A DNA stretch of 57,481 bases from IMG/VR virus record IMGVR_UViG_3300045988_031383, positions 1 to 57,481 of that record. One strand, 5' to 3'. The translations under genes and the position numbers were made by a program. Below are positions 18,428-25,659 of this stretch, piece by piece. Position 1 is the first letter of the stretch; every line of letters begins with the position of its first letter. This stretch comes from a virus. Under the pieces are notes generated by a model. It saw only the letters and a list, made by a program, of their open reading frames with translations. It was not told the origin of the DNA and did no database searches.

Positions 18428-20971
18428 ATGCGATATTTAGATACGCCTGTGACTATCGTCGATGACGGTACAGATCGCAGCTTAAGTATCAAATTTGCCG
18501 AGCCGGGTGCCGGGGATACAGAGGTTATCTCCGGTGTCTTGTTTAGGACATCACATGATACTTCTGAGGAAATTCAAGCTAAATTTGAACCTACTACTGG
18601 GTGCCTAAATCTTGAAATTCCTAATAATTTAATTAATTATACGGGCTACGCTAAAATCGTTGTCCCTAAATCGTCATTCTTATCTGAACCTATCACTGTC
18701 AAGTTCGATGTATATTCTCCAAAGGACGAAGACGGAGCTGACCGTGGTTATACTGGCGCAGATAAGTACTTATTTGTCCGTGACTTCCATACAAATGGTG
18801 ATATTTACGTCGAGGTGGGATCCGATGTAGTTAATACTGATTTCTTGCGAAGCGTCATTGACAAAGTTATTGCTAACACTGGACTATCGGATAAAGATGG
18901 GGTTGAAATTGACACTGTCGCTCTTAAGAATGACATTCTCAATCGTGTGATCAAGTCTATCGATACCAATAAGATCCAGAATGATGTTCTTACGGCTGTA
19001 ACAGCTAAGATCGATAAGATCCAAGAAGAACAATCAAAATCCGTGCAAAATCAGGACAGTAAGATTCAAGCCGTCGAATCTAAAGTTGCTGGTATTGACG
19101 TGGATACAATTAAGACAAATATCCTTAGTGAGTTCAACACCAAGACAGAGCAAATTAAAGCAGAGATTGTTAATGCCGTCGACATTCCTCAGCTTAAATT
19201 AGATTTGACAGCTTTGGTTAACTCTAAATTCACAGAGGAGAAACAAGCTATTGTGGATAGTGTGACCTCCACAATTAACGAGAAACTCCAATCTAATGAA
19301 TTTATCGATCCGATTGTCCAACGGGCGATTGCTGGGGTGGATACACATGGATATGCTGACACGGTTAAGTCCGAACTTACTACCAAGATCGAGACTAACG
19401 AATCGAACATCGCTGGGATCAACACCAAACTAGAAGGTATTGAGCAGAAGTTATCTGCTAGTATTTCTGAGGCGATCCTGAAGACACTGAAGGATCAACT
19501 TACTTCTCAAGATATTACAACTATTCTTAAGAAGGACGATTCTTATGTTACCACTATCTGGGAAGATATCAAGACTGCTGGTAAACTAGATGAATTTGTT
19601 AAAGATGTTGACTTTCGAGTGATCGATGATATTGATGGTGGAGCAACTTTATATAATGGCGCGAATGTAGTATTAAGACTTCCAGCGCCAGGTCCTAGTA
19701 TTTCTGAGGTTAATCAACTTCGATCAAGTTTGGAAGCTCTAACTGGCAGAGTTGGTACTGCCAATTTAGAAATCGAAGAAATCAAAAAACAAGGAGTTGG
19801 TGGCTCAGGTACTCCTGGACCGCAAGGTGAACAAGGTATCCAAGGCCCTCCTGGACCTCCGGGTCCTAAGGGGGATAAAGGTGAACCTGGCGAACGTGGC
19901 CCTAAAGGTGAAGATGGACAACCAGGTCCAGTTGGACCACAAGGTCCTGCCGGCCCTCCAGGAGAATCTCCAACTATCGATACTACTAACTTTGCGACTA
20001 AGCCAGAGCTCAATCAGGTTAAATCTGATGTTACTGGTCTACAATCACAAGTTAGTGACGTTGATGGACGGGTTACAACTCTTGAGAACAAACCTGCTCC
20101 GACAGTAGAAATCCCATCAGAATACAAGAAACTCAATGACTTATACGCTATTTTCCCAACATACGAAAATCTTCTAACCCAAATGACAACAAATATCAAG
20201 AACCAACACTTGGCTCTTGGTATTGATGCTGTGGTCGACGACAAACTTCGTAATGGTGGAGACCCATTTGTTACTACGTCACGGATGACCGAGGCTATAA
20301 AAGCAGTAAACGGTGGGTCTGGTAGTGGTACTACTATCGTTGCGGGTAATGATGTAGATACTGTATTTGGTGATAATTACCCATATGATGGTGATAATAT
20401 CACAACTCTTAAGGATATCCCAATCGGATCGGTATATGTCGACCGACTTCGTAAGAACGGCGCATTGAAATGGATCAAGACTCAAATGTATGCTAAGAAT
20501 GCGGATCGTAATCAAGCACGAAATTGTTGGCGTGTGTTATATGGCGATACTGGAGCGGTTAAAATGCCGATGACAGGTTCTCCTCTAAATGGCGCGGTAT
20601 TGACATTCCGTCGTGTCAACTCCACTGTCGAACTCACTTGGGGTGGATTGTCTTGGGGTTGGTTCGGTATCAAACGAAGAGGAGCTGCTGGATATGCAGA
20701 TCACCCATCAGACCGTAACAAATTTGTAACGATCATTCCTCAAGGAGGTCTTAAAGACGGGTTTATCCCTACAGGATCTAAATTGGGAAATATGACAAAC
20801 GATAAGGGTGTTCCTTACGGTACATTCTACGTTGGCAGTGTGACTGATTCTAGACAAGTGCGCTTGCAATTCCTGAATGACGTACCAACAGATCGTGATA
20901 TTGGAGATATTCGATTTACAACTATGACGTATATCACGGACGATCCGTGGCCAGACCAAATTACTAGATAA
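18428..20971 (+). CDS. Collagen-like tail fibre / receptor-binding protein (BppU-like N-terminus)
   Basis: AAGGAGG upstream. 847 aa comprising an N-terminal beta-rich domain, coiled-coil repeats, a G-X-Y collagen run and a C-terminal globular domain. Confidence 0.8.
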   Translation: MRYLDTPVTIVDDGTDRSLSIKFAEPGAGDTEVISGVLFRTSHDTSEEIQAKFEPTTGCLNLEIPNNLINYTGYAKIVVPKSSFLSEPITVKFDVYSPKDEDGADRGYTGADKYLFVRDFHTNGDIYVEVGSDVVNTDFLRSVIDKVIANTGLSDKDGVEIDTVALKNDILNRVIKSIDTNKIQNDVLTAVTAKIDKIQEEQSKSVQNQDSKIQAVESKVAGIDVDTIKTNILSEFNTKTEQIKAEIVNAVDIPQLKLDLTALVNSKFTEEKQAIVDSVTSTINEKLQSNEFIDPIVQRAIAGVDTHGYADTVKSELTTKIETNESNIAGINTKLEGIEQKLSASISEAILKTLKDQLTSQDITTILKKDDSYVTTIWEDIKTAGKLDEFVKDVDFRVIDDIDGGATLYNGANVVLRLPAPGPSISEVNQLRSSLEALTGRVGTANLEIEEIKKQGVGGSGTPGPQGEQGIQGPPGPPGPKGDKGEPGERGPKGEDGQPGPVGPQGPAGPPGESPTIDTTNFATKPELNQVKSDVTGLQSQVSDVDGRVTTLENKPAPTVEIPSEYKKLNDLYAIFPTYENLLTQMTTNIKNQHLALGIDAVVDDKLRNGGDPFVTTSRMTEAIKAVNGGSGSGTTIVAGNDVDTVFGDNYPYDGDNITTLKDIPIGSVYVDRLRKNGALKWIKTQMYAKNADRNQARNCWRVLYGDTGAVKMPMTGSPLNGAVLTFRRVNSTVELTWGGLSWGWFGIKRRGAAGYADHPSDRNKFVTIIPQGGLKDGFIPTGSKLGNMTNDKGVPYGTFYVGSVTDSRQVRLQFLNDVPTDRDIGDIRFTTMTYITDDPWPDQITR
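19793..19963 (+). repeat. Collagen-like G-X-Y triplet repeat (coding)
   Basis: [58 protein letters not shown]. Confidence 0.95.
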
Positions 20972-20983
20972 CGAGGTTAATTT

Positions 20984-21508
20984 ATGTTTAAACTAGAACG
21001 CTTCGAAGATGAAGAAGGGACTAAGGTAGCGGTTGTGGATAACAATCCATATTTCCGCTACGAATATCCTTATGTCCTAACGGAAGATATGAAGCAACAA
21101 ACTGACGAAGAGATTGGTAAGTACCTTATTCAAGATCTTCAATATCGTAATGAGCACACTTTGATGTCTACTTTGCTAGACGTTAACTTGCGCTCTCCAT
21201 TTATTTACGACAACCAATTTGCAACTCTTATCCAATACCTTAAAGAAGGAGAACTTGGTGAATCATATTTCCCAGGATCTCAAATCAAACTTCGTATTCC
21301 GAATTACGAAGCTGAGGGTTGGGAAGGTGACTTTGCTATGGTTACTGTGAATAAACCACTCACAATTCCTAAAGATACCACAGATATCTACAAACTGTTC
21401 TCAGATTATCATAAAAACGGTATCGTAGAAATTTTAAAGTGGCAAGACGTCGTTCACCTAAATCCGAACGACTTTAAGAAAGCAGCAACAGAAACTGGAG
21501 GAAACTAA
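20984..21508 (+). CDS. Hypothetical protein (tail fibre accessory?)
   Basis: 174-aa ORF, GAGG upstream, follows the fibre gene. Confidence 0.6.
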   Translation: MFKLERFEDEEGTKVAVVDNNPYFRYEYPYVLTEDMKQQTDEEIGKYLIQDLQYRNEHTLMSTLLDVNLRSPFIYDNQFATLIQYLKEGELGESYFPGSQIKLRIPNYEAEGWEGDFAMVTVNKPLTIPKDTTDIYKLFSDYHKNGIVEILKWQDVVHLNPNDFKKAATETGGN

Positions 21509-21510
21509 AT

Positions 21511-21912
21511 ATGGCATATACAGCAATTGACGACTCACAAAGCGTAATCAAACACTATGGTAAAAAAGGTATGAAATGGCGTAAAAACCGTGACCAAGCG
21601 GACATGCAAGATTATAATCCATACGACCTTGCATCGGGTCAAGATCTTCGTGACGATGACAAAGACTCTAGAGATATTGCCTATTGGAACCAACGTAAAG
21701 CACTTAACAAAGCTAGTGACAAAGCTACTCTTGAACGTATTTACGGTAAAGGTAAAGTTTCTGACAAACACCTTGCTAAATACCAAGAAGGTATTTATGG
21801 AAAACAAATCAAAGCATTAGCTTCGAAACGTCAAGAACGATATCGCAAACTCCGTGATCATAAGGTCAAAGTCGACAAGATGTCTTCAATGCGAACTAAA
21901 CCACAAATTTAA
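21511..21912 (+). CDS. Small basic protein with the N-terminal SQSVIxHYGKKGMKW motif (paralogue 1 of 3)
   Basis: GGAGGAAACTAAAT upstream. The N-terminus MAYTAIDDSQSVIKHYGKKGMKW is shared with the ORFs at 22661 and 53154. Confidence 0.7.
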   Translation: MAYTAIDDSQSVIKHYGKKGMKWRKNRDQADMQDYNPYDLASGQDLRDDDKDSRDIAYWNQRKALNKASDKATLERIYGKGKVSDKHLAKYQEGIYGKQIKALASKRQERYRKLRDHKVKVDKMSSMRTKPQI

Positions 21913-21926
21913 CGGAGGAACTTAAT

Positions 21927-22664
21927 ATGACAGTAAATCCCGCACTGATGCTCGCATGGATGATTGCTCGTGAAGGACGGGTGACATATTCCATGTTACG
22001 TCGTACAGGCCCAGACTCATTTGACTGCTCATCATCAATGTATTATGCTGGTGTAGCCGGTGGTATGAGCACTCTACCTTGGCCTTGCTCGACTGAGACA
22101 ATGCACGACTGGTTGTTACAAAATGGCTGGGTACTGTTGGCTGAAAACCAAGAAGCTGACGTACAAGCTGGTGATATTTTCATCTGGGGTCAAAAAGGAT
22201 ATTCTGCTGGGGCATTTGGTCACACAGGTATTTTCCTAGACTCAGAAGGAACTATTATCCACTGTAACTATGGATATAATGGTATTACTCGAAATAACCA
22301 CGATGAAATCTGGGGTTATAATGGTCAACCATATTTCTACTTCTATCGTTACAACGGTGGAGCTCGTGTCCCTAACCCTCCTCAACTTGAGATGGCTGAA
22401 AGCAGCTTCGAGCATGAGTTGAATGTTGGTACGCATCTGCCATCGAGTGAACAACCATATTACGAAGCGACAGTCACAGAGGACTACTGGGTCGAAGCTC
22501 AACCGTTCGCTGGTGCTGAAGAAAAAGAACTATTCAAGAAAGGTTCTCGTGTGCGTGTCTATGAGAAAGTGGACGGATATTCTCGGATTGGGTCTCCTCA
22601 ATCTGCTCAATGGATTGATGACAACTATCTAGACGACGCTGAGGATATGGTTGGTAAATTATGA
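21927..22664 (+). CDS. Endolysin: Amidase_5/CHAP-like Cys-His peptidoglycan hydrolase with a C-terminal SH3b-like domain
   Basis: ..REGRVTYSMLRRTGPDSFDCSSSMYYA...GDIFIWGQKGYSAGAFGHTGIFLDSEGTIIHCNYGYNGI.. matches the phage peptidoglycan-hydrolase (Amidase_5) pattern. The C-terminal ..GSRVRVYEKVDGYSRIG..AQWIDDNYL is SH3b-like. Confidence 0.85.
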   Translation: MTVNPALMLAWMIAREGRVTYSMLRRTGPDSFDCSSSMYYAGVAGGMSTLPWPCSTETMHDWLLQNGWVLLAENQEADVQAGDIFIWGQKGYSAGAFGHTGIFLDSEGTIIHCNYGYNGITRNNHDEIWGYNGQPYFYFYRYNGGARVPNPPQLEMAESSFEHELNVGTHLPSSEQPYYEATVTEDYWVEAQPFAGAEEKELFKKGSRVRVYEKVDGYSRIGSPQSAQWIDDNYLDDAEDMVGKL

Positions 22665-23086
22665 CATATACAGCGATTGATAATTCTCAAAGTGTTATTC
22701 AGCACTACGGGAAGAAAGGAATGAAATGGGGCGTAAGAAGTCGTCATGCTGACTTAAGAGCCAATCATGAGTCATATAAAAAGTTAAAGAAACAAGCCAA
22801 GGGAATTGTTAAGGATATTAACAAAGAACACAAAGGTGACGGAACCAACAATGGCGGTTATACTAAATGGCGTCTTAAAGAAAAAGTAAAGGGTGCTAAA
22901 AAGTATAACAAGGCCGAAGAGTTACGGCGAGTAGCTCAGGAACGTTATCAAAAGAATGGTGGTAAGACTGATAAGAAAATCAATAAGTATTTAAATAAAT
23001 ACAATAAGTTACAAAAAGAAATTTCTAATCATGACAACAACTATAATATGAGCCCTCGGGAATATTTCAACAGAAAAGGCAAATAG
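22661..23086 (+). CDS. Small basic protein with the HYGKKGMKWGVR motif (paralogue 2 of 3)
   Basis: ATGA overlap with the endolysin stop. The N-terminus is MTYTAIDNSQSVIQHYGKKGMKWGVRSRH and the remainder is Lys-rich. Confidence 0.7.
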   Translation: MTYTAIDNSQSVIQHYGKKGMKWGVRSRHADLRANHESYKKLKKQAKGIVKDINKEHKGDGTNNGGYTKWRLKEKVKGAKKYNKAEELRRVAQERYQKNGGKTDKKINKYLNKYNKLQKEISNHDNNYNMSPREYFNRKGK

Positions 23087-23090
23087 GATT

Positions 23091-23122
23091 GAAGCGGAGT
23101 CTACATGGCTCCCTTCTTTTTT
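23091..23122 (+). terminator. Intrinsic terminator ending the late operon
   Basis: GAAGCGGAG (23091-23099) pairs with CTCCCTTC (23109-23116) with one bulge and is followed by TTTTTT. Confidence 0.8.
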
Positions 23123-23130
23123 CATTTTCT

Positions 23131-23165
23131 AAAAATTCCCCGGGAGTGATTTTTAACCTAAATTC
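23131..23165 (+). promoter_or_regulatory. G/C box copy A (AAAATTCCCCGGGAGTGATTTTTAACCTAAATTC)
   Basis: Near-identical to 51271-51304 (about 30 matched positions with four 1-nt gaps, hand alignment). Weaker copy at 37750-37784. Lies at the start of the early block. Confidence 0.6.
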
Positions 23166-23188
23166 GCAGTTTCTACATGCCCTATAAT
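23165..23188 (+). promoter_or_regulatory. Early promoter P1 (CGCAG-N13-TATAAT)
   Basis: cgcagtttctacatgccctataat followed by GAAGAAAT..AAAGGAGG and ATG 23217. Confidence 0.75.
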
Positions 23189-23216
23189 GAAGAAATATTA
23201 AAGGAGGGTCATTACT

Positions 23217-23639
23217 ATGACTAACACAACAAAGGAATTTAATTTAAATCAACGAAACATGATTTCGCTAGCATTTATGTTTGACGACAATGAAATCAGA
23301 GACATGTTTGAATCTCATTTATGTTGGTTGTTGAATCATTCAGAATTCGACGATCATATTAAAGAGTATATACGTAATGTCTTTGATCGACTTGTAAAAG
23401 AAAGCAAACCGCTATTGGAATGTATTTCGCGCGATGAGGTAATTGAAGGAACTAAACGTTTGTGGAAGGTTAACGAACAATTAGTCTCCGTGAATATTAA
23501 GTTGAAAAAAGAGGTAATCGAAAAACTTGACAAACACAACTTAGAGATGATGGAAATGGTGATCGATGATATGGGGGACAAAGTTAGAGAGTTCAACAAA
23601 GGAATTGAAGAAATTATCAAATTCTACGAAAGCTTGTGA
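23217..23639 (+). CDS. Hypothetical early protein
   Basis: 140 aa, AAAGGAGGG upstream, bounded by promoter P1 and a terminator. Confidence 0.75.
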   Translation: MTNTTKEFNLNQRNMISLAFMFDDNEIRDMFESHLCWLLNHSEFDDHIKEYIRNVFDRLVKESKPLLECISRDEVIEGTKRLWKVNEQLVSVNIKLKKEVIEKLDKHNLEMMEMVIDDMGDKVREFNKGIEEIIKFYESL

Positions 23640-23645
23640 TTGATC

Positions 23646-23671
23646 GAGGGATTCATTCCCTCTTTCTTTTT
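23646..23671 (+). terminator. Intrinsic terminator
   Basis: GAGGGA ttcat TCCCTC followed by TTTCTTTTT. Confidence 0.85.
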
Positions 23672-23674
23672 GTC

Positions 23675-23698
23675 CGCAGAAATTACATACACTATAAT
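23675..23698 (+). promoter_or_regulatory. Early promoter P2 (CGCAG-N13-TATAAT) driving the tRNA-like locus
   Basis: cgcagaaattacatacactataat followed by GAAGAA. Confidence 0.75.
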
Positions 23699-23702
23699 GA
23701 AG

Positions 23703-23778
23703 AAGGTGCTTAGCTCGGTTGGGGTAGAGCAGCCAGAGAGATCTGGAAGGTCGCGGATTCGAATTCACGCACACCTTC
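23703..23778 (+). ncRNA. tRNA-like RNA with a non-canonical cloverleaf (pseudo-tRNA or tRNA mimic)
   Basis: Canonical D-arm GCTC GGTTGGGGTA GAGC, variable AGGTC, and T-arm GCGGA TTCGAAT TC(A)CGC. Acceptor AAGGTGC/ACACCTT has 6 bp plus a mismatch. The anticodon arm is CCAGA GAGA TCTGG (a 6-nt loop or a GNRA-capped hairpin), there is one extra linker nt, and no CCA. Confidence 0.5.
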
Positions 23779-23787
23779 ATCATATAG

Positions 23788-23863
23788 AAAATAGGTACCG
23801 CGAGAGGAAGCTGTAAATGCCGGTTCGATTCCGGATGGTTAAATTTATAGCCTATTTTTTTTT
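23788..23863 (+). ncRNA. Second structured element with a tRNA T-arm remnant, ending in a T10 run (probable end of the RNA locus)
   Basis: CCGG TTCGATT CCGG hairpin (23820-23834). It is enclosed by AAAATAGG (23788-95) pairing with CCTATTTT (23851-58), then TTTTT. Confidence 0.4.
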
Positions 23864-23887
23864 GAATTTCATATTAAGGAGGTAGTC

Positions 23888-24331
23888 ATGGCAGTAAGCA
23901 AGACTAGAAAGAAAAGTCCTCGTAGAAAACCACGAGGTGAAGTCAAACGTGTGCCGAAAGTATACTCAATTAAATACAAGTTTATTCGCGGCTCATACAA
24001 ACCAAAACTCGATGTTGTCGAGTTGTATATTAATATGCAGGTCAACGATGAGAATATTGTTGTGCATGGTAATGTAGATCCTGACAAGTCATATTTCGAT
24101 GGACTATATATCCACACAGCAAATCCTCATGCAGGACTTACAGCTCGTACGGCATGGATCAATAAACGTGATGCGCCTAATCTAACGATGGCTGTGAGAG
24201 CATTTGTTGATACTATTGGTGATTTGTTAGATGACAATACACCGGTAGAAGATCTTCCTTGTTTGAGTATTAATGACAAGGGAGTATATTTTGGAGAAGA
24301 TCGCTTATACGATATTGCCAAGGTATATTAA
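23888..24331 (+). CDS. Hypothetical early protein with a basic N-terminus
   Basis: TAAGGAGGTAGTC upstream of the ATG. 147 aa. Confidence 0.75.
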   Translation: MAVSKTRKKSPRRKPRGEVKRVPKVYSIKYKFIRGSYKPKLDVVELYINMQVNDENIVVHGNVDPDKSYFDGLYIHTANPHAGLTARTAWINKRDAPNLTMAVRAFVDTIGDLLDDNTPVEDLPCLSINDKGVYFGEDRLYDIAKVY

Positions 24332-24334
24332 CTC

Positions 24335-24358
24335 CGCAGAAATTACATACTCTATAAT
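24335..24358 (+). promoter_or_regulatory. Early promoter P3 (CGCAG-N13-TATAAT)
   Basis: cgcagaaattacatactctataat followed by GAAGAAATAATTTAAAGGAGG. Confidence 0.8.
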
Positions 24359-24387
24359 GAAGAAATAATTTAAAGGAGGATTTTAAC

Positions 24388-24585
24388 ATGGAAATCAACA
24401 AAGGAGTATTTGGTTTATACAATTACGAGGATACAGTACTTGAGGTTAAAGACCAAGAAAAATTTTCTAAGAAAATTTGGAAAGCGATTGGCCAAGGGGC
24501 TGTTAACACAGTTGTTATAAACGGAATGATCTATACAGGATTGGTATTGTTAGCATGCATCTTAAATAAAGATTCAGAAGAATAA
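24388..24585 (+). CDS. Small membrane protein (C-terminal TM helix)
   Basis: 65 aa, conserved leader and RBS, hydrophobic VVINGMIYTGLVLLACIL. Confidence 0.7.
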   Translation: MEINKGVFGLYNYEDTVLEVKDQEKFSKKIWKAIGQGAVNTVVINGMIYTGLVLLACILNKDSEE

Positions 24586-24616
24586 AAGTTGGGTTTACAC
24601 TCAGCTTTTATTTTTG
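24585..24616 (+). terminator. Intrinsic terminator
   Basis: AAAGTTGGGT ttac ACTCAGCTTT (10 bp including 2 G-U) followed by TATTTTT. Confidence 0.75.
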
Positions 24617-24641
24617 TCAAAAGAGAAAAGGAGAACAGAGA

Positions 24642-24923
24642 ATGGCAATTCAAAAATATGAAAACTTAAGTGACATGGACATGATTTACTTGTTAGTTGA
24701 GAGTACCGATATTTACTATAGGACAATTGGCGGTGATCAATCACAATGGGCCGGTATACGATGGACATTTAGACCAAACGATTGGTCAAGATGGCGGATT
24801 CGCGAGATCTATAGAAAGATCAACGATATTCGCAAGAAGTATAAATTGTTATCCGTTCCTACAGGAGCTTCTTTAGAGGACTGCTGGGAAGGTATGCCTC
24901 CGCAGAAATTACAAGTCATATAA
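24642..24923 (+). CDS. Hypothetical early protein
   Basis: AAAGGAGAACAGAGA upstream. 93 aa. Its last 8 codons are promoter P4. Confidence 0.7.
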   Translation: MAIQKYENLSDMDMIYLLVESTDIYYRTIGGDQSQWAGIRWTFRPNDWSRWRIREIYRKINDIRKKYKLLSVPTGASLEDCWEGMPPQKLQVI

Positions 24924-24924
24924 T
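24901..24924 (+). promoter_or_regulatory. Early promoter P4 (CGCAG-N13-TATAAT), embedded in the 3' end of the upstream ORF
   Basis: cgcagaaattacaagtcatataat followed by GAAGAAATAATTTAAAGGAGG, a leader identical to that of P3. Confidence 0.8.
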
Positions 24925-24953
24925 GAAGAAATAATTTAAAGGAGGTAACTATT

Positions 24954-25136
24954 ATGTTACGGAAAGCATTACGATTTATTGGATTTTACTGCTTGGCTGG
25001 TTATGCCGTGTTGGAGGAAGCTCATATTGATAAGCTTGTTAAACAAGGATATGTGTCAGCAGATGAAGGGCCACATCGTGAGCGGCTAGATGTTGTACAG
25101 AAAGTTCTACGTAAATTAAAGAACGAAGGATATTAG
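24954..25136 (+). CDS. Hypothetical small early protein
   Basis: 60 aa, conserved leader and RBS, terminator immediately downstream. Confidence 0.7.
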   Translation: MLRKALRFIGFYCLAGYAVLEEAHIDKLVKQGYVSADEGPHRERLDVVQKVLRKLKNEGY

Positions 25137-25166
25137 ATGTTAGATTAACTAACATCTTTTCTTTTT
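25135..25166 (+). terminator. Intrinsic terminator
   Basis: AGATGTTAG attaa CTAACATCT (perfect 9 bp) followed by TTTCTTTTT. Confidence 0.9.
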
Positions 25167-25181
25167 GCCAAGGAGGATTAA

Positions 25182-25436
25182 ATGGATAATTTTTCAATTG
25201 AGTTAATTATTGAGGACATGCGTAAGAAAGATAAGACAATCGAGTATGCGACTAAGCTACTTACATGGTTATGCTTTCTAGGCATACTGTTTGCGTTCAC
25301 TTATCGATACGAGCGTAAGGTCGAATCTCGAGACCAGCAGATCGAGATGTATAAGAAGCGTTGGGAAACACGGGACAAAGCTGCTGAATACTACAAAATG
25401 AAATACGAGGTGGAAAAAGCTAAGAATGAAAAATGA
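25182..25436 (+). CDS. Small membrane protein
   Basis: AAGGAGGATTAA upstream. 84 aa, TM segment LLTWLCFLGILFAFTY. Confidence 0.7.
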   Translation: MDNFSIELIIEDMRKKDKTIEYATKLLTWLCFLGILFAFTYRYERKVESRDQQIEMYKKRWETRDKAAEYYKMKYEVEKAKNEK

Positions 25437-25659
25437 ACACAACAAAGGTTATAATGTGTCAATGATTACGCTGGGTATCTGTGTTGTCCTAGCGCTAACA
25501 TATTTGATCCCACAAACTTTGCATGAGCACCAAATTGAAGAAGAGCGCATGGAAAGACTTGAACGAACTATTGATCGATTGAATAAAGATTTCGACGATC
25601 TGGAAAACAAAATGATTGACTTGGAGGATGGTAAAATTGACGATAAGGTATCACACTAG
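25426..25659 (+). CDS. Small membrane / coiled-coil protein
   Basis: 77 aa, TM segment MITLGICVVLALTYLIP, overlaps the upstream stop. Confidence 0.65.
   Translation: MKNEHNKGYNVSMITLGICVVLALTYLIPQTLHEHQIEEERMERLERTIDRLNKDFDDLENKMIDLEDGKIDDKVSH

Noticed and set aside
23703-23863. Calling canonical tRNA genes here
   Set aside because: The D-arm and T-loops are convincing, but no standard 7-nt anticodon loop or clean acceptor or T stems can be drawn. These are reported as tRNA-like, with no isotype assigned.
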